From positions 32,001 to 96,000 of the IMG/VR virus record IMGVR_UViG_3300027754_005796: 64,000 bases of DNA; one strand, 5' to 3'. The position numbers and the translations under genes were made by a program. Each line of letters begins with the position of its first letter. Positions within the stretch are counted from its first letter, which is position 1. Shown in pieces: positions 9,556 through 18,650 of this stretch. The notes beneath the pieces are model-generated. The model searched no databases. It saw nothing but the letters and a program-made list of their open reading frames with translations, and had not been told where the DNA came from. The DNA is from a virus.

Positions 9556-12500
9556 ATGTCCAGTAAGTTTTTTCACGGCTCCAGCGTTCTTCTTGGTGAC
9601 AACACAGTTCCCGGTGTGGGGCTTTCCAAGGAATTAAAAGAATTCATTCCCAAGATTCTCCACGCTTGTCGTGAATGGGGCTTGGATTTTCATCCCACGG
9701 TTGTTCAAATGTTGACTTACGATGAGATCAGCGAAATAGCTGCATATGGCGGTTTTCCCGTTCGTTTTCCACATTGGTCTTTCGGCATGGAATACGAAGA
9801 GCTCCAGCGTGGTTACGAATTCGGAATGCACAAAATATATGAAATGGTTATTAATTGCTTAATTTCTTCTGTAAATTTAAGCAGCACAAGGGGTTGCATT
9901 AAAGTTTCCGATGTTGAGGTTGGGGATGTTTTATTCAGCAAGAATGGACCAAGGAAGGTAGTAGCGATTAAAAAGCAACAAAAAAGCAAGGTTTGCAAAA
10001 TCAACGCAATTGGTTATGCACAAGAAACAATTTGTACGCCAAATCATAAGTGGCAAGTCTTAAGAGGGAGCAAGCCCGAATGGGTAGAGGCAGCTAATTT
10101 AGTTGAAGGCGATCTTTTGATTGCAGGTGGTAAGTATGAGAATTTCTTAGGGCTTGCCTCTCGTATTTATTGGTCTAAGGATAAGGTTTTTGAATCGACT
10201 CTGCCGAATGTTAGGTGGAAGTTGGAGGAAATTGATCCTCCAAACCACATGACCGTTGAGCTTGCTGAACTTTTGGGAATTTGCACCGGGGATGGAAGTT
10301 CAGGGGTAAGCGGTTCCGAAAATACAATTGCAATTGCTGTTGGTAAGAAAAACAAGCAATACCAATTGCACATCAAGAATTTGTTTTTTAATGTATTTCA
10401 AAAAGAATCTGCCATATACGAAAAGACGGGCGGCGACAGCGTTACGCTTTGCTCAAAATATGCTGTGGACTATTTCAATGTTATTGGTTTGAAAAAGAAT
10501 GTTACTTTTGAATCAAAAAGGGTTCCGTCTTCAATTTGGCAGTCATCTAACGAGTATAAAGCATTCTTTTTAAGAGGTGTTTTTGACACAGACGGTCATG
10601 TTAAAACTAGTTTGCAAATGTCCAGTAAGAGTTTTGATTTAGTTAAAGATGTACAGCTTTTGCTCCTTGAAATTGGCATTTTCAGTAAAGTGGTCCATGT
10701 TGAAAATAAACATAACAATATTTATGTTTTGTACATTCATGGAAGAAGCAATCAGATTGCTTTTGCAAAATATGTCAATTTTTCAATTCAATATAAGAAG
10801 GAAGCTTTAGAAAATTTGATCAATTCAGGTTATGCAATTGCTCATGGCAATAAGATGCCTGAATTGCAAAAAGAGATACTTAAAAGGTTAGAAGAACTTC
10901 CAAATCCAAGAAAAATCCTGGCTTGGATTAAGAGATGGAAATGGATTTCTAAAAAAAACGATTTGGGCTCAAACTCTTTGTGGAGTTTTGTTTCTAGGCT
11001 TAAAAGTGCGGGTTTTTTAGGCTTTGAAGATTTGCTCCAAATACTAGAAAGTCCTATGTACATAGTCGAAAGTGTTTCCGACTGTGGTGAGGACGAAACC
11101 ATAGACATTGCTCTGGACCACGACGAGCATGATTTCTTGGCGAATGGTTTAGTGTCCCACAACACTAATCCTTGCTATATCTACAATTTAGCTTCTAATA
11201 CTTTGGCCGATCACTTGACTGTTGTTGCACATGCGACTGGCCACAATGATTTTTTCAAAAACAATATTCATTTTTCGGCAACTGATACAAACATGTTGAA
11301 TAAGATGGCTAATCATGGCACTCGTATTCGCAAATATATGGCTCGTTGGGGCAAGGAGAGAGTTGTTGAGTTTCTCGATCATGTAATGCGCCTTGAAACT
11401 TTGATTGATGGTGCTGAGGCTTGGGACGATAGGATTATTAAAGAAAAAAACATTCGTGACGAAAGGCAATATCGCACGCCGAAGAGACTTGTTGTTGATA
11501 AGCAGCGAATGTACATGGAACCTTTCTTAAATACCTCTGAATATCGCAAGAAACAAAACGAAAAGTGCTACGATGCAGACATTTCGGAAGAAATCGGTTT
11601 CTTTAAGCAGCCAACCAAAAATATTCTGGGTTTTTTGAGAGACAATGCCCCTCTTAAACCTTGGCAGGCTGATATTGTGTCGATGCTTTATGAAGAGGCT
11701 ATGTATTTTTATCCTCAGAGGCAAACTAAGGTATTGAACGAAGGATGGGCCTGCGGGGAACGCAATACTTTGGTTGCTACAGATAGGGGTATTTTGACTT
11801 TAGGTGAAATCGTAGATAAGCGATTGCCTGTCACGGTTTATGACGGAGACAACGAGAGGAAGGTCGCTAATTGGTTTACTTTTGAAAACCGTGATGTTTA
11901 TCAGATAGAGACACGGCGTGGATACTTATTTAAGGGATCAAACAATCATCGGGTTATGGGAGATCAAGATTGGGTTCGTCTTGATAACATGAAGATTGGT
12001 CAATCGGTAAAAATTTCTTGTTCCAACCTTTGGACAGAAGAGCTTCAGGCAATTGAATATCAGCCGATCCAAAGGCGAATTGAATTGAAAGAAATTGCTC
12101 AAAAAGCTTCTGTTTCTGTAAGTCAGGTTGCCTACAGGAAGTATCAGTATGAGGGAGAAGAGAAGGCCGACCAATTGGGTCTGCTTTTGAAGGATTACGA
12201 TAATCAAACGGCCACAACCATGAGGAACAAGAGGAAATCTATCGTTTTTCCTTCTTTGATGGACGAGGATTTTGCTTCTTTCATCGGCTACATGATTGGC
12301 GATGGACATATAAGCAAAAAAAAGAGGACTTTGGGTCTTACTACAGGCGATAAAGAGCAATGTGATAATTATGCCTTTTTGTTGGACAAACTTTTTGGTC
12401 TGAGGTGCAAGATTCGCTGGGATAATTCGTCGAAGAATGGAAGATATAGAATTAGCACTAGCTCTAAAGAGCTTGAAGATTTGTTGGTCTATTTGGGATT

Positions 12501-13662
12501 GAAGACTGGCATATGTGCTCGAATCAAGGAAATTCCAGAAATTATTTTGAAGTCACCGAAGAGCGTGGTCGCTGCTTTTATTCGTTCTTATTTTGATTGT
12601 GATGGTTATGCTGGAAATGCTGGTGTGATTCTATCGACATCAAGTGAATCAATGTCAATACAAATTCAGAATGTTTTGCTTAATTTTTCTATCATTTCAA
12701 CAAGACGAAAGCAGCAAGATTCTTGCTGGCATATTCGTATCACCGGCAGCGAAGCAAAAAAATATCATGAACAAATTGGCTTCGGGCTGAACAGGAAGCA
12801 AGACAAGCTCGAAAAATATATTTCTGATCACAAATGGTTTATTGAACCGAAGTTGGAAGATAAAATTGTCTCTGTTGAAAAAATCGGCACCGATGTTGTT
12901 TACGACATCACGGTCGAAACCACTCATCGATATGCTGCCGCAGGGTTTGTAAACCACAACAGCACCGTAGACTCTGTAATCATGGCTGAAATGGGCTTAA
13001 TTTCTCTTGGCCAAAAGAGCGATGATGTAGGCATCGTTGAATATGCAGAGCACAAAATGGGTGTTCTTGGTGGCAAATATAGCACAAATCCTTATAAGCT
13101 TGGTTATTATTTGTTGTCTGATATTCGTGAGCGATGGGACAAGGGCAGGTTTGGGCAGGAGTGGGAGGAGTGCAACGATATGCACAAGAAAGAAACTTGG
13201 GACATCCCGACCAATCAAGGTAAAGATAAAATTTTTGAGGTGAGAAAGTATTATGACGATCTCACTTTCATTCACGAGTTTTTTACAGAGGATTTTTGCC
13301 GTAAGCAGGAATATTTTTACTGGAAACATTATCCCAACGGTGAATATCGTCTTGAGAGTCGTGATTACAAAAAAATCAAACAAATACTCATGCGAAAGCA
13401 TATCAATGGTGGTCTGCCAGATATTAAATTGACTGAGCCGAACTACTCAGGACGAGGAATTATGATGCTCCAACACGAGTATGATGGCAGGCCTTTGTAC
13501 GACCCTTACATTGGTGATGTTCTGTCTTCAATTCGATACATTTGGAACAATGATGTTGTTTTAGCCACGCAGGACAAGACTGGCAAGGAAAAGTTTTATT
13601 TTGCTTCCGGCAACAATACTGTTCAGTTATTGGATCGTCAACAGTTGAAAAAAGTTGTCTAA
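9556..13662 (+). CDS. spoVR: SpoVR/YcgB-family protein with two inteins (about 529 aa after splicing)
   Basis: AYGGFPVRFPHWSFG, KIYEMVIN, AHATGHNDFFKNN, TKVLNEGWA|S, NPYKLG; start moved to ATG 9556 after a GAGGA RBS. Confidence 0.93.
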   Translation: MSSKFFHGSSVLLGDNTVPGVGLSKELKEFIPKILHACREWGLDFHPTVVQMLTYDEISEIAAYGGFPVRFPHWSFGMEYEELQRGYEFGMHKIYEMVINCLISSVNLSSTRGCIKVSDVEVGDVLFSKNGPRKVVAIKKQQKSKVCKINAIGYAQETICTPNHKWQVLRGSKPEWVEAANLVEGDLLIAGGKYENFLGLASRIYWSKDKVFESTLPNVRWKLEEIDPPNHMTVELAELLGICTGDGSSGVSGSENTIAIAVGKKNKQYQLHIKNLFFNVFQKESAIYEKTGGDSVTLCSKYAVDYFNVIGLKKNVTFESKRVPSSIWQSSNEYKAFFLRGVFDTDGHVKTSLQMSSKSFDLVKDVQLLLLEIGIFSKVVHVENKHNNIYVLYIHGRSNQIAFAKYVNFSIQYKKEALENLINSGYAIAHGNKMPELQKEILKRLEELPNPRKILAWIKRWKWISKKNDLGSNSLWSFVSRLKSAGFLGFEDLLQILESPMYIVESVSDCGEDETIDIALDHDEHDFLANGLVSHNTNPCYIYNLASNTLADHLTVVAHATGHNDFFKNNIHFSATDTNMLNKMANHGTRIRKYMARWGKERVVEFLDHVMRLETLIDGAEAWDDRIIKEKNIRDERQYRTPKRLVVDKQRMYMEPFLNTSEYRKKQNEKCYDADISEEIGFFKQPTKNILGFLRDNAPLKPWQADIVSMLYEEAMYFYPQRQTKVLNEGWACGERNTLVATDRGILTLGEIVDKRLPVTVYDGDNERKVANWFTFENRDVYQIETRRGYLFKGSNNHRVMGDQDWVRLDNMKIGQSVKISCSNLWTEELQAIEYQPIQRRIELKEIAQKASVSVSQVAYRKYQYEGEEKADQLGLLLKDYDNQTATTMRNKRKSIVFPSLMDEDFASFIGYMIGDGHISKKKRTLGLTTGDKEQCDNYAFLLDKLFGLRCKIRWDNSSKNGRYRISTSSKELEDLLVYLGLKTGICARIKEIPEIILKSPKSVVAAFIRSYFDCDGYAGNAGVILSTSSESMSIQIQNVLLNFSIISTRRKQQDSCWHIRITGSEAKKYHEQIGFGLNRKQDKLEKYISDHKWFIEPKLEDKIVSVEKIGTDVVYDITVETTHRYAAAGFVNHNSTVDSVIMAEMGLISLGQKSDDVGIVEYAEHKMGVLGGKYSTNPYKLGYYLLSDIRERWDKGRFGQEWEECNDMHKKETWDIPTNQGKDKIFEVRKYYDDLTFIHEFFTEDFCRKQEYFYWKHYPNGEYRLESRDYKKIKQILMRKHINGGLPDIKLTEPNYSGRGIMMLQHEYDGRPLYDPYIGDVLSSIRYIWNNDVVLATQDKTGKEKFYFASGNNTVQLLDRQQLKKVV
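9856..11163 (+). mobile_element. intein 1 in SpoVR (436 aa) with LAGLIDADG homing endonuclease
   Basis: N|CLISS start; CTPNHKW block B; LLGICTGDG and FLRGVFDTDG; ANGLVSHN|T end. Confidence 0.93.
11752..12960 (+). mobile_element. intein 2 in SpoVR (403 aa) with LAGLIDADG homing endonuclease
   Basis: EGWA|CGERN start; SNNHRV; FIGYMIGDG and FIRSYFDCDG; VYDITV...GFVNHN|S end. Confidence 0.93.
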
Positions 13663-14306
13663 TGACCACAACATACCAAAAAAATGGACACATACACGGT
13701 CACTATAATCCTGTAAGAGGCGGTGTATTTGACAGGATTGGCAGGGGTGCTGCTAGTATTTTCTGGACTCAAAACGGATATGAAATCAAAGATCACGACC
13801 GTGATGAGCAGCAAAGGTTGGTATGGCAGAATACTGACTTGAGAGTTTACAAGGAAAACAAATTCATAAACATAGAAGCTGCTGCCAAAAGAGCCAATTT
13901 ATTTAGATATGTGCGTCAAGGTGTTGATGTTGAAACCAGAAAATTAAAGATGACCCGCCCAGATGAGAAATCATTTGTGTGTATGTGTGACTACATTAAT
14001 GTGAGTGGAGTCAAGACTCACGGCGATGAGATGTTGATCATTCCGATGGAATGTCTAGTCGCTGCACAAAAGGATTGTGGTGAAACCTATGACGGCCAAA
14101 GAGATGTTGCGAGACATTCCGGGTTTTCGATGCCCGACCACGGTTGTCACCGAGTGAGAAAAAGGTGTATTCAAGGCATGATGCAGACTGGTGAAATCGA
14201 GGATTTTTATCGAGTGCCATATGAGTATGTGGTGCATTATAGAAAAAACGAAAATGGCCGATATGTTTTGTTGTACAATGCAGAAAGGAAAATGAAAAAT
14301 GGATGA
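13662..14306 (+). CDS. hypothetical protein
   Basis: 214-aa ORF coupled to the spoVR stop. Confidence 0.65.
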   Translation: MTTTYQKNGHIHGHYNPVRGGVFDRIGRGAASIFWTQNGYEIKDHDRDEQQRLVWQNTDLRVYKENKFINIEAAAKRANLFRYVRQGVDVETRKLKMTRPDEKSFVCMCDYINVSGVKTHGDEMLIIPMECLVAAQKDCGETYDGQRDVARHSGFSMPDHGCHRVRKRCIQGMMQTGEIEDFYRVPYEYVVHYRKNENGRYVLLYNAERKMKNG

Positions 14307-14517
14307 TACAAACTACCTTTTGACTGATGAGTTTTTGGCTTTTGCTGAAAAGATCAAAACAGTACATGAAGATAAGAAGGCTAAAAAGGCCGAACTTAAG
14401 GTGTTCTTTGACAAGATACAAAATGATCTAAAAGCTCTAGATATTAAAGCCAAGGAATTAGAGGACCAATTCAATGCATGGAAAAAGGCACAAAGCACAA
14501 AGAGCAAAGAAGAATGA
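14299..14517 (+). CDS. small coiled-coil protein
   Basis: 72 aa, heptad-like, overlapping neighbours. Confidence 0.7.
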   Translation: MDDTNYLLTDEFLAFAEKIKTVHEDKKAKKAELKVFFDKIQNDLKALDIKAKELEDQFNAWKKAQSTKSKEE

Positions 14518-14777
14518 GCGAAACTCCAAAAAAAAGTGATTATAACGCAACATATATCGCTAATGCTTATGCTACAGGATTGGCAGTTTGTCTAGTTGTT
14601 TTCATGAAGTCTTTTTCACCATCCTATTGGGTTGCCGCAAGTGTATTGGCTTGTTTGCTGTACGCTTTTGCGGCTATCAAACAAAGAAAAGATACCGGTT
14701 TTTTTGGGATGGTGTTTCTGTCTAGCCTTTGGTTTGTAATTTCATATATGTTATTCAGTCAATTTAAGCCAATGTAG
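14514..14777 (+). CDS. small membrane protein (3 TM)
   Basis: ATGA overlap; three hydrophobic segments. Confidence 0.7.
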   Translation: MSETPKKSDYNATYIANAYATGLAVCLVVFMKSFSPSYWVAASVLACLLYAFAAIKQRKDTGFFGMVFLSSLWFVISYMLFSQFKPM

Positions 14778-14786
14778 GATTGAAAC

Positions 14787-15536
14787 ATGCCTAAGGTAAT
14801 AGATTGCTTTACCTTTTACAATGAATTCAAACTGCTTGATTTACGGCTTAAAGAATTAGATCAGATCGTAGATCAATTTGTTTTAGTGGAAGCAACAAAA
14901 ACATTCACGGGTCAAGATAAGCGTTTGTTTTTTGATGAAGTCAAGGATCGGTACAATAAGGCCAGAATAATTCATGTGGTTGTTGATGACATGCCTTCGG
15001 ACACAGACGCTTGGGGGCGTGAGAGACATCAAAGAAATTGCATAAGCAGGGGTTTGGATAGGATTTCTTTAAAAGACGATGACATTGTGGTTTTGACAGA
15101 TGTTGATGAAATACCAGATTCCCTTGCTTTAGAAATTGTATCAAAAGCTTGCATAAATGATTGCTTTGTGTTGGAAATGGATTTTTACTACTACAACCTG
15201 AATTGTAAATGGGAAGACAAATGGATGCATCCCAAGGTGTCCAATTACGGTAAATGCAAGGAGATGGGCGATTTTGAGACCATGAGAAGGTGGCCTTGTA
15301 GCATGGTTGTACCACATGGAGGTTGGCATTTTAGTTATTTTGGCGATATCGATTTTATTCGCAACAAGATTCAATCTTTCTCGCATCAAGAATACAACAC
15401 AGAAGAATACACTTCCCCAGAAAAAATTAAAAAATGCATCGATGAAGGAATTAGTTTGTTTGGAGAAAATAGAAGCACCCATGTTGATCCAGATGAAAAT
15501 AATTACTTGCCTAAAAATTGGAGGCTCTTGGCTTGA
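14787..15536 (+). CDS. glycosyltransferase family 17 (MGAT3-like)
   Basis: IDCFTFYNE, FVLVEATKTFTG, ERHQRN, TDVDEIP, GGWHFSYFG. Confidence 0.9.
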   Translation: MPKVIDCFTFYNEFKLLDLRLKELDQIVDQFVLVEATKTFTGQDKRLFFDEVKDRYNKARIIHVVVDDMPSDTDAWGRERHQRNCISRGLDRISLKDDDIVVLTDVDEIPDSLALEIVSKACINDCFVLEMDFYYYNLNCKWEDKWMHPKVSNYGKCKEMGDFETMRRWPCSMVVPHGGWHFSYFGDIDFIRNKIQSFSHQEYNTEEYTSPEKIKKCIDEGISLFGENRSTHVDPDENNYLPKNWRLLA

Positions 15537-15664
15537 TTGTTGATCAATCCATTAAGGTTTTTGCGTAGAACGGCAGAAATCGGCTTGATTAAATCAAAAC
15601 CAAATGCTTAAATCGCCCATAGGTAGATTTAAGTAGATTTTTAGGAACGGCTGAAATAAACATC

Positions 15665-17121
15665 ATGAGCAAAGAAAGATCATGTGTGGAGATAGTAGGT
15701 TATGAGCACCTACATCTCCACACAGATTCCTTGCCCCCGGCAGAATATCTGTCGGGGGCGCAAAAAACTTTAGTACGCTTGACGGATATGGGACTGTAGA
15801 GGAGTATGCCTTAAGGTCCATTTCAAATAATCAGAATTTTCTCACGGTTACAGATCATGGAATGATGGGTGTCATTCCACGGCAAATTCGAGCCTGCGAC
15901 AAGATTTGTGACAAACACGGCAAAGATAAACTATCTCCAATATTTGGATGTGAATTGTATGTAAATCGTCTTCAGCCAGCTACTGAAGGCTTGGAAGACA
16001 TGCGTAAGTTTATGGCCGATCTCAATGAGGAAGAGGCATTTGAACTCAAGGCTAGTCCTCATCTTTTGGCAATTGCATACAACGAAACGGGTTATAAAAA
16101 TCTGGTCAGACTTTCCAGTTGGGGTTGGACTAAGGGCTTTTATCGCCGCCCCAGAGTCAACTATGAACAGTTGCAAAAGTATAAAGAGGGTTTGATATTT
16201 ACAAGTTGTTGTTACAACAGCGAAATTGGTAGAGCCTATGAGGCTGGTGGCGAAGAAGCCGCCTGTGCCATGATCGAGCGATATGTTGGCATGTTTGGCA
16301 AAGAAGACTTTTATCTTGAAATCATGCTCTTGGATTTCAAGAAACAAAAACCCTATGACGCTTTCATAGTCAAAGCCAAAGAAAAATATGGTTTGAAATT
16401 AATCATTACGAACGATGTGCATTATTGTAATAAGCAGGACAGTCATTTTCAAAGATTGATGCTCATGGTTCAGACAAACAGGAGTATCAAGGATATTCAG
16501 CGTGCTTTGGCCGAAGACAATATGCGAGACTTTTTTGAATTGCAGGATTCTAATTTGTGGTTTAAGTCCGAAGAGGAATTAAATGAAAAGTGGATCGTTG
16601 AATACAGCGATGTGATTCCTTATGAGTTATTTTGCGAAGCAAAGCGCACTACTGTTGAAGTTTGCCGTAAGGCTAAAGGTGTAGAACTTGACCGGAGTCT
16701 TAAACTTCCGCAGATACCTAATGCTGATGATATTTTGAAAGATGAAGTTCTGAGGGGTGCGAAGTTCCGTGGAATTCCACACACGAGAGAATATTTAAAT
16801 CGAATCAAGGAAGAATACAGCTTGATCATTCGTAAGGGCTTTGCAAGTTACTTTTTGATACAAAAGATGATGACAGACGAGGCACGCAGAGTTTGCGTTG
16901 AGCTTCTTGGGTGGGGAGATGGTTCGCAAGCTTTGGGTCCCGGTCGTGGGAGTGCTGTGGGAGCTTTGACTTGTTACTGCTTGGGTATTACGAATGTTGA
17001 TCCCGTGAGAGAAGGATTGTTGTTCAGTAGATTTCTTTCTGAGGCCCGTGGTGGCAGGTCTTTGGTCCTTGAGTTCAAAAATATTGATCCATTGCCGCCA
17101 CATGAGGCTTTTAAAGATTAA
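15665..17121 (+). CDS. dnaE: DNA polymerase III alpha, N-terminal half (PHP domain plus start of palm); frame broken by a 41-nt insert
   Basis: ATG 15665 MSKERSCVEIVGYEHLHLHTD, then in another frame FSTLDGYG..TVTDHG..GCELY..TNDVHY..GPGRGSA..LLFSRFL; the ORF track misses the first ~52 residues of the spliced protein. Confidence 0.9.
15728..15768 (+). other. 41-nt frame-disrupting hairpin insertion in dnaE (candidate recoding element or mini-intron)
   Basis: tccttGCCCCCGGCAGA-ata-TCTGTCGGGGGCgcaaaaaac; 12-bp stem with one G-U pair; exact removal restores HLHLHTDFSTLDG. Confidence 0.85.
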
Positions 17122-17124
17122 AAA

Positions 17125-17150
17125 AAACACGGGGCATAAACCCCGTGTTT
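17125..17150. terminator. bidirectional intrinsic terminator between convergent genes
   Basis: aaacacgggg-cataaa-ccccgtgttt flanked by A and T runs. Confidence 0.8.
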
Positions 17151-17160
17151 ACTTTGTAAA

Positions 17161-18156
17161 TCAATATCCACGCATTTTGCGCATCATGGGATTATCCTTC
17201 ATGGCATCGAGAGGCTTGTGCATCTTGCGCATCATGGGATGATTCCTCATGGCATCGAGAGGCTTCTTCTTGGGCATATCCAAGTCTAAGTCTCCGTGTT
17301 CGTCGCCGTGCATGTCTTCATCATCATGGTGCATGCCTTCGTCGTCTTCGTCATGCTCATCTTCATCGCCGTGCATGTCTTCATCATCATGGTGCATGTC
17401 TTCGTCGTCTTCGTCATGATCGTCTTCGTCATGATCGTCTTCGTCTTCGTGCTCGTCGTCATGGTGCATATCTTCATCATCGTGATGATCTTCTTCATGA
17501 TCTTCGTCGCCAATTGGAGGACCGACCATTTCTCCAACCGCCTCTGCCAGTTTGCGGGCAAAAGTGTAGTCGGTTTCCATAAGATGAGTTACGACAGGCA
17601 TCGATTCTGGTTGTTGTGCCATGTATGCGAAGACGCTCTCAAAAATGCCCTTACGGCGCATTTCGAGAACAACATCAGCGATGTAAGAGTAGTTGCGTTG
17701 GCAAACAGAAACTGTCTCTCGGATTGCGTCATAAGCAACGCTTGTGCCTTCGTCCAAACCCTTCATTCGCTGTGTCCTAACTTTCTTAGCAAACTCAGCC
17801 AAGCTTAATCCCTTAGTTTTGTTGATCCATTCGCTGGTCTTGATATTGGGATAGCTCTTCAGTTCTTTATTGGAAACCGTATTTGTATGTTGGGTCTTGG
17901 GCATGTAATGGTGGCTCTTGTCTCCCTTGTGTCCGAGGCCATCTTTTCCATGTCCCTTGTTGGGGTCGGGAGCGTTTTTACCGCCTTTGTATGGGTGAAC
18001 TTTACCGCTTTGTCCTTTGCCTCCCGAGTGTTCAGGGGTTTTGCCAAATTCAGGAGCAGCGGGGCTGGGTCCATCATAATCGGAAACAACTGCAATCTTG
18101 GGCTTTTTGTTGCCTTTTTGTGTATCGAGAAACTCGTGAAATTTCATGTATCCCAT
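17161..18156 (-). CDS. hypothetical protein with MKFHEFL motif, basic N-half and His/Asp/Glu-rich C-terminal repeats
   Basis: 331-aa ORF with GGAG RBS; HHDDEDMH repeats. Confidence 0.85.
   Translation of the reverse strand: MGYMKFHEFLDTQKGNKKPKIAVVSDYDGPSPAAPEFGKTPEHSGGKGQSGKVHPYKGGKNAPDPNKGHGKDGLGHKGDKSHHYMPKTQHTNTVSNKELKSYPNIKTSEWINKTKGLSLAEFAKKVRTQRMKGLDEGTSVAYDAIRETVSVCQRNYSYIADVVLEMRRKGIFESVFAYMAQQPESMPVVTHLMETDYTFARKLAEAVGEMVGPPIGDEDHEEDHHDDEDMHHDDEHEDEDDHDEDDHDEDDEDMHHDDEDMHGDEDEHDEDDEGMHHDDEDMHGDEHGDLDLDMPKKKPLDAMRNHPMMRKMHKPLDAMKDNPMMRKMRGY
17168..17508 (-). repeat. coding low-complexity repeats (HHDDEDMH/DEDDH units; duplicated KPLDAMxxxPMMRKM)
   Basis: Repeated tcttcgtcatga / gtgcatgtcttcatcatcatggtgcat on the + strand; two ~48-nt copies at 17168-17267. 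Confidence 0.85.
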
Positions 18157-18226
18157 AATTTCATCTCCGTTCTATTGTTCAGTTCGGTGGCTTTATAAAA
18201 CTCAACCTCTGCAACTATATAATGAG

Positions 18227-18255
18227 TTGACTCTAAAAAAACTTTAGTATAAAAT
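18227..18255 (+). promoter_or_regulatory. sigma70-type promoter for tmRNA
   Basis: TTGACT-17 nt-TAAAAT ending 10 nt before the tmRNA 5' end. Confidence 0.75.
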
Positions 18256-18265
18256 ATAAAAACAT

Positions 18266-18615
18266 GGGGTTGTACTGGTATCGATTCAGACTCATAATCC
18301 CTAAGTGGCACGCAGAGGTTGGCCGAACGGACTCTTAAAAATTCGGCTGTCGATATAAACGACGAAACTGTTCACGCTTTGGCTGCTTAATTTAAGCAAC
18401 CACGAACCTAGGGGGCGATGTGGGTAGCGCCCGAAGGTTCGACGCTAAATCCTGCTGGTTTTGTGGCTCCAACGACCACTTAACGAGACAAAGTTGGTAA
18501 GGCCGAAGCAAGTTTTGTTCTTGGTACTTGCAAGGTTTGATTAAACAAAGAAACAAGCGTGTAGAGGCTTAGAGAGAGTGGTTTGAAGACAGGGGTTCAA
18601 CTCCCCTCAACTCCA
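18266..18615 (+). ncRNA. ssrA: tmRNA, tag (A)DETVHALAA
   Basis: 5' GGGGTTG-TACTGGTATCGA; 3' T-arm AGGGG-TTCAACT-CCCCT and CAACTCCA; G3-U70 Ala identity pair; tag ORF 18361-18390 ending ALAA-TAA; CCA not encoded (ACTA). Confidence 0.96.
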
Positions 18616-18617
18616 CT

Positions 18618-18650
18618 AAAAAATCCGTTGTTAATACAGCGGATTTTTTT
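18618..18650 (+). terminator. intrinsic terminator after tmRNA
   Basis: aaaaatccgttgt-taat-acagcggattttttt. Confidence 0.85.

Noticed and set aside
15797-15799. Stop-codon reassignment or readthrough as the explanation for the broken dnaE start
   Set aside because: The conserved continuation is in a different frame and begins before this TAG, so readthrough would not restore it. Genes elsewhere end normally at TAA, TAG and TGA.
17168-17508. CRISPR-like array
   Set aside because: Repeats are in-frame coding units without unique spacers. No CRISPR array or cas gene was seen in the window.
17286-18198. Alternative-frame ORFs (hydrophobic VFV-rich and Thr/Met-rich) over the His/Asp gene
   Set aside because: Shadow frames produced by the low-complexity repeat.
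18570-18618. Stand-alone tRNA gene
   Set aside because: The T-arm and acceptor stem belong to the tmRNA tRNA-like domain.
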